This document shows, in pieces, positions 1-15,048 of a stretch of DNA of 64,000 bases. The notes under the pieces are model-generated. The model was not told the DNA's origin. It made no database searches and worked only from the letters and a program-made list of their open reading frames with translations. A program made the translations under genes and the position numbers. The first letter of the stretch is position 1, and every line of letters begins with the position of its first letter. Origin of the DNA: the human T2T-CHM13v2.0 reference genome, Homo sapiens; NCBI RefSeq assembly GCF_009914755.1, contig NC_060927.1, one strand, 5' to 3'.

Positions 1-197
<197 letters not shown>

Positions 198-784
198 CTA
201 TCACAAATACATTATAATTAGGGATATATACACACCAGTTTCTAATACTAGTCGTTCTTTTCAACCCTAATCCAAATTTTCCTAGTCAGGTTTGGGAACC
301 ATTACCCTTTTCCACTAGCTAACCACACAGCTGTTTTGGTGATCTTGCCCTCTGATCCTTTCATCATTCAAGGCTCATTTCATGTTCCCATTTCTAAGAA
401 GTACCTGACCGCTCCTGTCTTCATCTACTCCAAACCTCTCTAACATATGGAGTCCAGGCCATATGCCCTAGCTTTTAAGTATGTTGCATTTTGTGTCACT
501 TATCGTTGTTTCACATGCATGTATACTTGTTTTCACAACTAGATTATATGACACATCATGGCTTAGAGGGAAGTACACGGGTCTGGGCTTCTGTCCTGTC
601 TCTACTGCTTGCAGGCTGTGTGCCCTTAGATGACAACTTAGCCTCCTTGTTTCTCCAGTATATAGAGCACATACTATGTACTTCACAGGATCTTCATGAA
701 TATTAAATGCAAGAATGTACTCCTAAAGCCTATCCCTTAGTAGCTTCTCCATGAACAATTAATGATATGTCTCCTAATTGCTCC

Positions 785-855
785 TGATTTATTGAGCACC
801 TACCAAATACCAGGCACAGCCCTAAGTCCTGGGGATACAGTTGTGAACAAGGCAG
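785..855 (-). mobile_element. L2 3'-end fragment
   Basis: ATTTATTGAGCACCTAC...CCAGGCAC...GGGGATACAG..TGAACAAG resembles the antisense L2 terminus. Confidence 0.6.
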
Positions 856-3136
856 GATTAGGATTCCTTTTTTGGGAATAGGGACCATGGGTTATGTCTC
901 TGTTTTATTTCATGTTGTAAAATAGATTGTAGAATGTATTATAAGCATTTAACAAATGCTTGTTTAGGTAACATTATAGTCAAAATACAGAACAAAAATA
1001 TGAGTCCACTGTGAGTTTGATGTGGGTTTGGTATCTACTGGCTAGGGTAAAATGGGTTTTCAATTTCTGTTTGGTTTCTTTCTCAGAAGGTATTCTTCAG
1101 AGGGTGTATAGTTTGACTGAGTGTCAATATGTTGTATTTTAAGTGGTATTTTGACAGCTCGAGATCAAATTTACTTTCCTGTATGTTTCACTTGAATATC
1201 ATTCTAGGTTGTTTTAGTGTTTAGTCTGTATTGCCAATGGGCACTCAAAACATTGAAAATTACATGGAAGGGCTATGGAACACAGGAAATTTTAGAACAG
1301 GAAATCTCTGTAAGTCTAGCTGAGTCTACAATTGTGGCACCCCATAATTATTTTCCTTTGTAATGCTTATCTCCTTAAAATATATAGTATTTGTATAAAT
1401 ACACATGTATATATGAACACTACATATGTATTAGCCATCTGAACCTGCATAGTAGATTGCACTGTGCATTTACCTCTCTCTTTGTAAAGAAATCCCACTA
1501 AAACTTATTTAATACCATGTTCTTTCTGGGCTTAAGTACATGACCCTTTTTTCTGTTTTCTTTTTGGCATTTAGCCTTTGCAAATCTTCCTTTATTTTGC
1601 TACCTTGGAATTGAGGATGTTCTTAGTGAATTCCCTTTACATTTTCTTTTTTTAATAGAGGAAAGTAGAGCAACTGTGTTTCCAACCTTTGTAAATAATT
1701 AAGGTCCTTGAGTCCTTGTATCATTCTGGTTGCCCTCTGTTGTACCTTCTTGATTTCAATAATATTCTTTTCATATTAATGCGATCTGTCTTGTAGGACT
1801 GCTCTTGCTACATTCCAAATGGAGACTCTCTTTCAGCCCCTTCCATTATAATGCAATAATTGTTGTTGACCTGTATTCTCTGGTTGTGCACCCAGGATTC
1901 CATTTCTTATTCTTCAGCTGCTGGAATTTTCCCCTACTCCTTTTTCTTTCTATGCTTTCTTTATTATCCAAATGACTCATTAAGCTGTAAACTTCAGGGC
2001 TATCTTCAGCTTCTTTCTATCTGTCCTTGATCACAAATAGTCACCTGCAATAGGCGACTGCTTACGCTGAGAAATTATGCCTGCTGAAGATATAAATACA
2101 CTCAAGAAGTAGTTGGAGACATTTAGACATGAGAGAGCCCTAATGAACTCATAAGGGGACATAGGCAGTAAATTGCTAAAGTTTTCTGGGTTCAAGGAAG
2201 TAATAGCCATGCTCAATGAAGGCCATTGCCATGTTGATGCCATTGGCAGAAATTACCACTGCCCTCAGTGTACCTATCTTGTAGGCTGCTGTGATATTTC
2301 CTGCCCTCCTCTGATCCACCTTGAGTCTTCCAATTCTTCCCTATGTCTCTACTACATGCAGTTTCTGGTTTACTTCTTGGATTACCAGAACATTCTTCTT
2401 GCCCGCTTCTAATACACTGTCTCTTTCCACTTCAAATTATTCTGCACGTGGCTGCCAAAATAATTTTTCATGCCTGGCACTGGGATCATGGTACTCAGTG
2501 AGTTAATCCTCCAGTGAGTCTTCATGGCTCTAATCAAATAAATCCTTCCACTGTTGCCTTTGAGGGCCTCCAGCAACTTGAACTGGACTTGCCTGTTCGA
2601 AGTAATCTTATGCCATTTCACTGCCTTCTTGTCACCTAGCTACTTCTGCTAGATTTGGCCCTTCTTCATGTTTGTCCCCTTCTCCCCTTCCCAGTTATCT
2701 CAAATGCATGTTTTAACACCCTCCCAACATCTTTCAAATCTTCTTTCTCCATCTCTTTAAATTACTAATGTCCAACTTCTAAATGTTTTGCCTAAATAAC
2801 ATTGACCAATCACAATCCATTGTATCAGTACTCTGCTTCTCTCAAATATATTCATGCAATAATGATAAAATGCAAATATTTGTTTAAAACCATGCCTCCA
2901 TGTAGTCGTATTCATTAGATGTGCGTATTCATTCCAGAAGTGCCAAAGTGACTGGAAATTTGGAGCAGTTTTATCAACTATTGTCAGCTAATGTGCCAAT
3001 TGGTTTCAAAAATCAGACAAACTATAATGACTTGTAATAACTTGGTTAGTAAATCTTTGTAGCAAATTTGAAATGACTAGAAATATCTGGGTCAGAACAA
3101 CTTAACTTTTTATGCAATAACTCCTAAGGGATTGTG

Positions 3137-3137
<1 letters not shown>

Positions 3138-3173
<36 letters not shown>
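3138..3173. repeat. (GT)n microsatellite
   Basis: uninterrupted GT run. Confidence 0.95.
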
Positions 3174-3176
<3 letters not shown>

Positions 3177-3682
3177 GGAGAGGGGTAGGGGTATCAAAAT
3201 GAGCTAGGCAAGATTTTTAAGAACACAAATGTTTGAGACCCCCTGTATACCATTCAGTTTGCACTTTGATAAATCTGTTTTATTTTAATGATTTTCTTGT
3301 CTTATTGATGACGGCCATTTTATGGAGTTGCTTTTATGGCAGCCCAGATGGAGCTATTCTTACAGCAATCTTCATAATAATGTGATCACACTCTTTGAAC
3401 TGCATTTCATGACTGCCCAGTGATGATTCAAAGGGTGCAAAATAAGACAACATTTCAATGTTATTTATATATTCCTCCCCTTCCCTCATACCCTACCTTG
3501 GGGGAAAGATTTAAGGTAGAATATCCTCAACTTTGGTAATTTTGTGGTGAAAGAAGCTCTCATTTCTCACTGTTGAGAATGAAAATGATTCCAAACTTCC
3601 CTAATGGCATTTTGCCAATGCATATCAACAGCCTGTATTTCCACTTCTAGAAGCCTATCATCAGGCAATCAGAAATATTATA

Positions 3683-3924
3683 CAGGTTGAGCATTCCTTA
3701 TCTGAAAACGCAAAATCCAAAATGCTCCAAGATTAAAAACTTTTTGAATGTTGACATGCTAGTCAAAGGAAATGTTCATTGAAGTATTTCAGATTTCAGA
3801 TTTTTGGATTTGGAATGCTGAGTGCATAATACATTGGTATAATGCAAATATTCCAAAATCTGAAAAATCCAAAATCTGAAACACTTCTGTGCCCAAGTTT
3901 TTTGGATAAGGGATACTCAACCTG
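3683..3924. mobile_element. Tigger4/MER46 (Zombi)-type TcMar-Tigger MITE, complete
   Basis: TIRs CAGGTTGAGCATTCCTTATC...GATAAGGGATACTCAACCTG, flanked by TA on both sides; ~240 bp. Confidence 0.85.
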
Positions 3925-4214
3925 TAAAAGATTTTTAGGCAACTGTGTTAGATTGTATATAAATGGTTGGATTATGGTTATACTCTTATCGTGTCATGGT
4001 ATAATCCTTCTTTGTTACTCCAAGGTGCCATGTTGAAGAGCTGTGTCTAGAAAGTAAACGTTCTCGTAATGGCATGCCAGGCAAAAACTGAATCTTAATG
4101 ACTTTCTAGAAATTAGAAAAAATGCCCTCTAAAAAACCCAGTTTCTGTATTCTAAGATGAGAAAATTCAAGTTGTCTTTGGGAATTCTTCGGTTGTTGAC
4201 TGAATTAGCCATAT

Positions 4215-4356
4215 GTTGGTGGCCTGCATACCAACCCTGGACTGTACACCTCTGGATTTCATTTTCATGAGCATAAATAATCTTCTGTCTTGTTGAAGCA
4301 CTTGTTATATCCAGTTTCTGTTATTAGCAGCTAAAAATAATTTCTAACTGATGCAG
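4215..4356 (+). mobile_element. MLT1 (MaLR) LTR 3' fragment
   Basis: AAATAATCTT...TTGAAGCAC...TTTCTGTTATTAGCAGC...CTAACTGATGCA resembles an MLT1 end. Confidence 0.5.
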
Positions 4357-5329
4357 GATATTTATATAATACTTACAAGCTGGCAGAGTTTGGGACATCC
4401 AAGTTAAAAATATTCTGAAATTATTTTTTATTTTACTGAAGACTGTGTTTTAAGTGTGTGCTGTTTTAGATAAGTAGTAACAATAGTAATATTAGTATAG
4501 AGATTTATAGTTTGCAAAACATACCTACAGATCTGATTTTATTGGCTCATTACAAGCCTTAGCAAGGGTTTAATGGAAAGCAAATTAATGAGGTTACTTG
4601 GAGGGGGAGTTCTAGCTTTGGAATTGGCACTAGCTACTCCTGTGACCTCAGGTAAACATGGTAAGGAGGCACATACTCCCATTGCATAGAGGAGAAAACT
4701 GGAGCATAATGAGGTTAAGTAGCTCTTCCGAAGCTCTTGGATTTCCAGAGCTCAAGAGTCTCTTCCAGTCTTAAAACCCTGTCCTGCTACTGTATTTCTC
4801 ACCTCAGCCAAATACTTACTTCTTCCATCTCAGGGTCCCTGACTATCTTCAAAGTTTTCTTTTTTGCATTTCCTATATGAGGGGCCAAGACTACAGATTT
4901 CAGATTTTTGATGAAATACTAGGCTAGAAAAACAGAAAAGGGCAGATAAACAGAGAGACCCTACATTTCAAGAAAATTGGAAGAGACCCTTTGTGGAAAG
5001 GAAGACTGTTTCTATGAGTTTACTATGCAAATGGCTTGCTTTAGTCATTTATTTAACCTGCCTGGCTCCCTTAGGCATTTGGGTTTGCAGTCCTAGACTA
5101 GATGACCTTGAAGCTTCCAGGCAGCTCAACAACATGTGACTGTCAAGAGAGCAGGAATTGCCAGATAATATTAGGAACAGACCATCCAAAATACTTACAT
5201 CTTGATTAGAAGATAGGAAACTTTATAAAAAAATGATGAATTCTATATGTAATATTTTTAAGCATTAGATACATGCATTTGTAGTATTTGTGACATGTAA
5301 CTAAGACAACCATTTTAGCTTAAGGCTCT

Positions 5330-5556
5330 AGAGCTATGCTTTTTAATACACTTGCTGCTAGACACATTTGGCTATTTCCATTTAAACTGAAATTAATTAA
5401 AATGAAATAAAATTAAACAATTCATTTCCTCAGTCCCACTAGTCACATTTCAAGTGTTCCATTGACACATGTGTCTGGTGGCTGCCATGTTGGACAGTGC
5501 AGATTACAGAACATTTCCATCACATCATCGCAGAAAGTTCTGTTTAACAGTGCCAC
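5330..5556. mobile_element. MER3-like hAT-Charlie element
   Basis: CACATTTCAAGTG...CACATGTG..TGGTGGCT...TTGGACAGTGCAG...AGAACATTTCCATC...GCAGAAAGTTCT. Confidence 0.75.
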
Positions 5557-5756
5557 TCCACATCAGTTGTTCTCAACTTTTCTATACCTCCAACATATCT
5601 GAGGTATATAATACAATGTCATTAAAAACAGTACCTCTCACTGTGCTTTAGAATCTGGGTGAAGGGTAGTCCCTAAAAGGCCCCAGTTTATTCTCATATG
5701 TGTTCTCCCACTTCCATTTCCCACTGAGAATCTCTATTCCTGAAAGCTTGTAGAGG

Positions 5757-5922
5757 TGTAGCGCTCAGTCTATGATGCACATTGGAATCACCTGGGAGTT
5801 TTAAAAATTATTGGTGGCTAGCTAGGTACCACTCCAAGGAATTCTGCCTTAATTAGGCACTGGGATTTTGAAAGTCTTCCCAGGGGGTTCTAGTGGGCAA
5901 CCAAGATGGAAAAAGCCACTAA
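5757..5922. mobile_element. MER5-like hAT-Charlie element
   Basis: TGCACATTGGAATCACCTGGGAG..TTTAAAAA...CCCAGGGGGTTCTA. Confidence 0.6.
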
Positions 5923-6154
5923 CCTGAAAGGGATTAGTAGTTGGTAGTTAACAGATTAGCACTTGGTTGATCCCATTAGGAAATTATGAATACGAAGTTA
6001 TATTTTACTTCCATAAACATTTCATAATGACTTCCCTCTAATCTGCTTTTAAAAAAATATATATATATATCATTTATAGTTACTTTAATGAAAGGTCATC
6101 AGAAAATAAAAGTTGTGACTTGATTAGTAAAAATTATTAAACAGGTGAATTTCG

Positions 6155-6450
6155 AATTTAAAACCCTTCCAATGACTTCCTGTCTCCCTTAGGATAAAGC
6201 AACAAATTACAGACTCTCCTTAGCCTTTGCTTTAATCTCTGCCTTCTAACTGTATTATATGCTTTTAATTCCTTAAATGTGCCATGCTGTCTGTTGTTTC
6301 TGGGACTTCACATGTATAATTCCCTCTGCCTGGAGCCCTTTGTTCTCCTTCCTTCTTCCACTGCTGCCATGATCCTTCCCCTTCACCTGACCTTTAAATC
6401 TTAGTTTCAACTTCACCTCTTCAGTGGGGACTTCTCTGATGGAGACTAGA
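6155..6450 (+). mobile_element. L2 fragment
   Basis: AAAACCCTTCCAATGACTTCC...AGGATAAA...TTCCCTCTGCCTGGA...CACCTCTTCAG. Confidence 0.6.
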
Positions 6451-6474
6451 TTATTGTAGCACAGGCTCACAATA

Positions 6475-6830
6475 ATGTTTCACAACCATTCTAAGTGCTC
6501 TCCTGTATTTTCTAATCCTCTTGCACATAAGGCAGAGTTATGTGAGTTTTTCTGGGCAAAAAATGGTCAGAATGGAGAGAAGAAATGGCACGAGGCAATC
6601 TCATAAGCAGTGAAAACTCATGTTTGATTTTTTTCTATCTCCTTTCTGCTTCGTGGTGATAAGTAGCATTCCAGACAGTAGAATCTCCTTCAGTCTGAGC
6701 TACTATCTGACCATGTGGAGTACAGAGCACCAGTTGAATATGGAGCAAAGATGAGAAAGTAATCTTTGTTGTGATGAGTTTTGGTGGTTACTTTGTTATT
6801 ACAGCATATGCTAAATTATCCTGACTAACA
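6475..6830 (+). mobile_element. MLT1 (MaLR) solo LTR, old
   Basis: ends TTTGTTATTACAGCATA...TATCCTGACTAACA. Confidence 0.55.
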
Positions 6831-7003
6831 GATATATTTCCTCTTAGGTGCTCTCATTGCAACAGTGGTCCTCACTGTCACTGGTTCATGGTGTGATGAG
6901 AAAAATAAAGATAATGTAATGAGGTTTCCCTAAAACTAAATTTCTTCAAATTAAATAACTGTTATTTATTCTACTATTATGTCTTCTTATTTTAGGGGGT
7001 TAA

Positions 7004-9168
<2,165 letters not shown>

Positions 9169-10589
9169 ATGACTCTCCTTTGATGTCTTTACTTGATAAA
9201 ATAAAACATTGGTAGTCATACATTGTACCCTATGTTAATTTTTTACATTTTATTTTAAAAGTGTGCAATTTGTTGCTTTATCCTAAGGAAGACAGGGAGT
9301 CATTGGAAGGATTTTTAACCAATCCTAATTTTAAGAGATCTCCAGGATCAGAGAAAATAAGTAACCTGTACAAAAACACATAGCTAGTATCTAAGCTGGG
9401 TTTGAACCCTGTTTTCCGGAAGCTTTCTGCTACTTGAGACACTTTCTTCTTACTGTGCCTTTTATTGTTCCATCCTCAGCATGTATTTTCTTCGTCATCT
9501 CATTCTGATAAAATTTGTATTTATGTCCTCTTCCTAGAGATTTGCTCCCGGTGTGTAATAGCATTTTCCTTTACACGATGTTACCTTTTTTGTTCCTTCT
9601 ATAAACACAAACTTGTTTATTTAGTACTTAATTGAGTTGTTAGGACTAAGTGGTTATTTAATCATTTATTATAATAAAAAGATCCATTAAAACTTGTTTT
9701 TCCTTATGATTAATGTGGGGTTTGGCCTTTTATTTTTCCCCTAAAATAATGCATCAACCTGAGAACCTGTGGAGAGAGCTGAGGGTAAATTTTCAGCCCA
9801 AGGGAAATTATAAATTATTAAATGAGATGTTGAGGGATGTATAAGGATGTTTGAAATAAGCTCCTTTTTTTGTTTGTTTTTTAAAATATAGCCCATCATT
9901 TTTTTGAAAAGTAGACAACTGGATAGACTAAAAATGAAAGCAAAACTGTTTGTTGCGTCTTCACAGGGCATAGAATTTCACCCTCTGAACACCGTGGGTG
10001 ATTTCTAGGAGAGCACACCAGCAAACAGCCACGCTCTTGTTTATGCTGCTATTTCTTTTATGTTTTTAACATAAACAAAATTGGAAACATATTTGAGAGT
10101 GAATCTTTGTACAAAGAAATTATAGGGGAAAAATATCCCTGTGCTCATGTTGAGGAAAAAAACCCACCATCACCCTGGTCATGATCAGGAAAAGGAGGAT
10201 AGTCACAAAGCCCTCTTTGTGTGAGAAGCTCAAGTTAGATTACCCTACCCAGTGGGCGGGGTGGACACGCTCTCTGCTCTGTCTTCCCGAGCCCTGAAGC
10301 CAGATGGAGGTCAGTGGTCCAGCTCAAGTTTCATAAAAGGGCAGTGCTGCTCTTTTTATTTAGTTTATTTTTTTTAATTTATGTTCTCTGGTTTTGATTT
10401 TTTCTTTTCAGATTGAAAAAGTTCTTTTCAAAGGGCTCCCCACAATTCCTGGTAGTCATTTGTGCAGTTGTAAAGATTTTTGACTATAAATGTTTGTTGC
10501 TTTTGAATTCACATGCTCCTGCTCATTTTATTACTATGCTATATGTGAGAATATGTATATTCACATAAATGGTAAATTTGTGTATGCAT

Positions 10590-10705
10590 TTATGTATATA
10601 TACATATGTATTCCTATGCTTTATATATGTATTTCTATGGTTTGTGTGTATGTATGTGTATGTATACACATACACACACGTGTGTGTATATATACACATA
10701 CATAG
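10590..10705. repeat. Mixed (TA)/(TG)/(CA) alternating purine-pyrimidine tract
   Basis: TATGTATATATACATATG...TGTGTGTATGTATG...TACACACACGTGTGTGTA. Confidence 0.8.
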
Positions 10706-11384
10706 AAGCATAGAAATAAAAATACAGAAATAATATTAACATATATTTATATATTTGAACTCCCATATCTTACTTATAATAAAAGCCTGAGTAAACATTC
10801 TCAAAAATATATTTATAGGTAGATAAATAAAATATAGATTTAATTAACAAGCAACAAGGAGGGAAAATATCTTCTCAAGATAATATATAATAAACCAGAG
10901 AAGCAGAACAGCATCGTGTACACTGCCTGCTATTACCATCATGCTTTCCTAGCCAACAGAGCTAAGCTCATGGGCTGAATGCAATTAGCATCTTTTCTGG
11001 ATGTAAGGAATTGTCCTGTTCTACTGTGGCTAATGAATGATGGGGAGGTGTGCCCGATATAAACTGTAAACTTAGAAAATATAGATGCCTGTTCTAGGCA
11101 GCACTCTTGGAGCATGATTTTTTCTTTCCCATCCCTGCCTATTTTTTTTTAATGTGAAAAATGTCTCTTATTACCTGTGGTAGGCTCTGAGCATTCATAC
11201 ACTATTTTGTTGATTGCCCCGCCCTCAGAGACTGCATATTTAAATCCCATTTGCTGCCTGCAGCAGCGTCAGGACTGCTTGGAGGTGACAGCCCCCTCTG
11301 AAGAGAACTCCCTGGGTCAGCTCCCTCGGAGTGTTCTGGATAAAGTCACAGGACAACTGAAGTGGTACACACACAGGAAAGCCA

Positions 11385-11430
11385 AAAACAAACAAACAAC
11401 AACAGCAACAACAACAACAACAAAGAACAA
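11385..11430. repeat. (CAA)n/(AAAC)n simple repeat
   Basis: AAACAAACAACAACAGCAACAACAACAACAAC. Confidence 0.85.
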
Positions 11431-12744
11431 GATTCTTTCCTCCTTTTTTTTTTTTTTTAACAAGAGAGATAAAGGAGATGAGAATATGTTGATATTTGAT
11501 GAATTGGTTCCATTCAGAGTGCTATCATTTTAATGTCTCTCCCCCTTTTTTTGAAAACGTACCCACAGTCTCTGAATTCCCATTAAAGCAAAGTTCAGAT
11601 AAAGCTGATGAAAAGCATCTGCCATCTTGATAGTTGCCATGGCAGATGGCGCCAGCCTTTATGCTTTTATCAGTATTAGTATCAGAACACACTTTGTGTT
11701 CCAAGCTGAGATAAAAATCATTGAAGCTGTACCTGGAAGAGGCAGTGCCACACTGCAGGCCCCCACAATTCTGTATCTTGACAGAACTGCCTGCATAAAA
11801 GCCATGTACAACATTTTCTTGTGGTTCGTGAGTTCAGCAGTGCTGATGGTATTTTGCAAACTTTGAGGACGAGGGGGCTTCTCTAAAAAGCTGCTTTACT
11901 CTTTGCCACTTTTCCTTGCCACTTTTTACCTCAGATGGTGTGGGGAAACACCCCATCAGTAAGCATTTATGCTAACCCTGCTACCCCTCTAGGAAGACCT
12001 CTGAGGGGTGTCCATTGTCTAGGTTGGGGACCTGAGAGCAATGTGAAAAAGAGAGAGTTTGATTACTTGGAGCTGAGGTTGGCCTGGGTTCCAGAAGGGT
12101 GCCTGCAGCTCCCTTTCAGCACGTGTATTACAGTATCGTGACAGCCACCTCTCTTTCTATTTCTTCAAGTCATAGCTGCTGCTGCAAAGTGCCACATGTT
12201 GGTGACACAGAACTACAACCCTGTCCCATCTCACTACCCTTGGCGTCAGTCCAAGTTCTGCAGCCTTCTGCATGATGGCCCAATGGTCCTTTCTTTATTC
12301 CAAATGCCCTAAAGCTATGACTTCAGAAAGTTAAAGCCCTTCCACCGGCTCTTTATTGTACATTTCCAAATATATTAGATTCTCCCCCACTCTTGTTTCC
12401 CCCTCTCTGGTTATGAGTGCAGTTATTTTTAGTAATATTGTTGCTTGATAAATAGAGGGGTTGTGAGATCTTAAGTTATTATGCAAGTGTTAGCAACACA
12501 GCCTGGCACACCATTTGGCTGGTGCATGGGGAGAGATGAACAGTTACAAAGAGGAGGAGGGCGAGGGAGTTATTTTAAATTAAAGTATACATAAATATCT
12601 AAATGACATTAATAATAAGGGTTGGGAGCCATTAGAGTTGGCTATACTGGCTTTTCAGTCACCTCCAAGAACACTTTAAAAGAATAATAATAATAAAACC
12701 CCAAAGTGACTTTTTAATTTTTTCTGCCCAGTTAAGAGAACTGA

Positions 12745-12945
12745 ACTTAGAGCCAAAACTCAAATACTAGTTCCCCCATATTCTAACTGTGATTTTTGAG
12801 AAATTGGCTTCTCTATGACTTGTTTTTCTTATCTATGAGAAGTAGATTATAATCACATATACCTCAAAAAGTAACTATGAGGATTAAATAAAATAATAGT
12901 GTAAAAAAGGATATAAATGCTCAATAAATGTCAGATATTATTATT
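12745..12945 (+). mobile_element. MIR
   Basis: CTGTGA...TTTTCTTATCTATGA...ACCTCA...TGAGGATTAAATAA...GCTCAATAAATG. Confidence 0.6.
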
Positions 12946-14351
12946 TTTGTCAGTTCTCTATTTCTTAGCACTGAAATCGCTTTAAAAGGGATATGTGTCA
13001 TTAAAACTGACCCCACCAGTAGCATCTTCCTTGGTGGAGCCTGACTCCCATTTGTCCAGAATTCTCAGCACTCAGCAGCTGTGGTCTCAGCTCAGCTCCA
13101 AGTCAGGCCCAGGCATGCTGCTGAGGTGCCTCTGTTGCCTGGGGGACTCCGGGCAACCTGATTCTTACTTCAGGCACTAAGTTGGATGGGTGACAGTTAA
13201 TAAGTCATTCACATCAACTAAATTAGTCCAGAAATCTATGGTTTACAAAAGGCCGTCACAGGAAAGAGGAGGAGGGATATCACTACTTCCGTAACACCAG
13301 TTCTCAATCTGTGTGCTATGCCCATGACTACTTATACCGGGCTGTGTTACTGTCTCAGAGAAAAGTGAAAAAGGGTATCTGTACTCTCAAGGCTATATTC
13401 AATAATTAACATAATCTTACATTTAAAAATGGAATGATAAACATTGTCTTTTTTTCATTTTTTATTGAGGTATAATTTATGTACAATAAAAGGAGTAGTT
13501 TCTAGTGTACAATTAGTTCTACAGGTTTTCACAAACATGTATAGTTGTGTAACCAACACTATGATAAAGATATAGGGCACTTTTATCATTTTTAAAAATT
13601 GCCCTGTGAAACCTGTTTGCAGGCAACCTGTTCCCCACACTCATTCCCTGGCAATCACTCATCTATTTTCTGTTCTATAGTTTTGCCCTTTGAAACCTGT
13701 CATATAAATAGGATAATACAGTATGCTAACATTTGGGTCTGACCTTAATATATTGAAATTCACCTATATTGTGCTTTTCAGTAATTCATTCCTTGCTATT
13801 AAGTAGTATTCATTGTATAATTGTATCACAGTTTGTTTAACACAGTTTGTTTAACCATTACCCAGTTGAAGAACATTTAGGTTTTTCCCAGGTTTGGGCA
13901 GTTATGAGTAAGGCTGCTATAAACATTTGTGAACATACCTTTGTGTGAATATAAATTTTCTTTCACTAAGGTAACTACTTAGAAATGTGATTGCTGAGTA
14001 GTACGGTAAGTATATGTTTATCTTTGTAAGAAATGGTCACACTTGCAAAGTGGCTGGACTATTTTGCATTCTCGTTAACAATGTATGAAAGTTCCAGTGG
14101 CTCCACATCCTCACTAGCACTTGGAAGTGTCAGAATATTTTTGTTTTAATTTTAGCCATTCTAATAAATATGCAGTGGTTTTAATGCATATTTAATCCAA
14201 CAAATAAATATGTTAAACATTTTTTGATGTTTATTTGCCATCTTTGCATTTTTGGTGAAGTTTCTATTTAAATGTTTTGCCTGTTTGTTTTTTTTTTTTT
14301 TTGTAATTGAGTTGTAATTTTCTTATTATTTACTTTTAAAAATTTTAAATA

Positions 14352-14622
14352 GGCCGGGCGCGGTGGCTCACGCTTGTAATCCCAGCACTTTGGGAGGCCG
14401 AGGCGGGTGGATCACGAGGTCAGGAGATCGAGACCACGGTGAAACCCCGTCTCTACTAAAAATAAAAAAAAATTAGCCGGGCGTGGTGGCGGGCGCCTGT
14501 AGTCCCAGCTACTCGGAGAGGCTGAGGCAGGAGAATGGCGTGAACCCGGGAGGCGGAGCTTGCAGTGAGCCGAGACTGCGCCACTGTACTCCAGCCTGGG
14601 TGACAGAGCGAGACTCCGTCTC

Positions 14623-14645
<23 letters not shown>
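14352..14645 (+). mobile_element. AluY of the 12-bp-deletion lineage (AluYc3/Yd3-like), full length
   Basis: GAGACC^ACGGTG lacks ATCCTGGCTAAC; CACGCTTGTAAT and CTCGGAGAGG variants; CpGs largely intact; perfect TSD AAAAATTTTAAATA (14338-14351 / 14643-14656). Confidence 0.9.
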
Positions 14646-14654
<9 letters not shown>

Positions 14655-14747
14655 TATACATATATATATGTATATACATATTTTACAAGCCCTTAATCGG
14701 ATATGCAATTTGCAACTATTTTCCCCAAGTCTGTGGCTTGTCTTATT

Positions 14748-15048
14748 TATTTATTTATGTAACTCAATAAAAAAATTATAATTGACAAAAACTGTGTATA
14801 TTTATCCTGTATAACATGTTGTTTTGAAATATATACACATCATGGAATGGCTAAATTATTTAACATATGTACTACCTCATATAGTTACTTTTTTGAGAAC
14901 ACTTAAAATCTACTCTCAGCAATTTTCAAGAATGCAAAATATTGTTATTATCTATAATCACCATAGTACATTAGACCTCTTGAAATTATTTCTCCTAACT
15001 AAAATTTTGTTTCCTTTGACCAACATCTCTCCAACCTGCTCCCAACTC
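14748..15048 (-). mobile_element. L1MA-type 3'-end fragment nested in the older L1M
   Basis: TTTTGAAATATATACACAT..GGAATGGCTAAAT, GAGAACACTTAAAATCTACTCT; TSD CTGTGGCTTGTCTTATT (14731-14747) / CTGTAGCCTGTCTTATT (15049-15065). Confidence 0.8.

Noticed and set aside
10380-10460. Strong plus-strand acceptor TTTTTCTTTTCAG at ~10411
   Set aside because: Only a weak donor follows, the peptide is unrecognisable, and T-rich tracts produce such sites often
11177-11533. 118-aa plus-strand ORF
   Set aside because: Non-ATG start, runs through (CAA)n and poly(T), and has no recognisable domain
13827-13855. Short tandem duplications (CACAGTTTGTTTAA x2; also ~15843-15880)
   Set aside because: Ordinary slippage duplications with no further signal
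14412-14708. Alu-derived ORFs (also 39996-40305, 46650-46859, 59249-59452, 62343-62582)
   Set aside because: Translations of Alu sequence and poly(A/T), a well-known artefact
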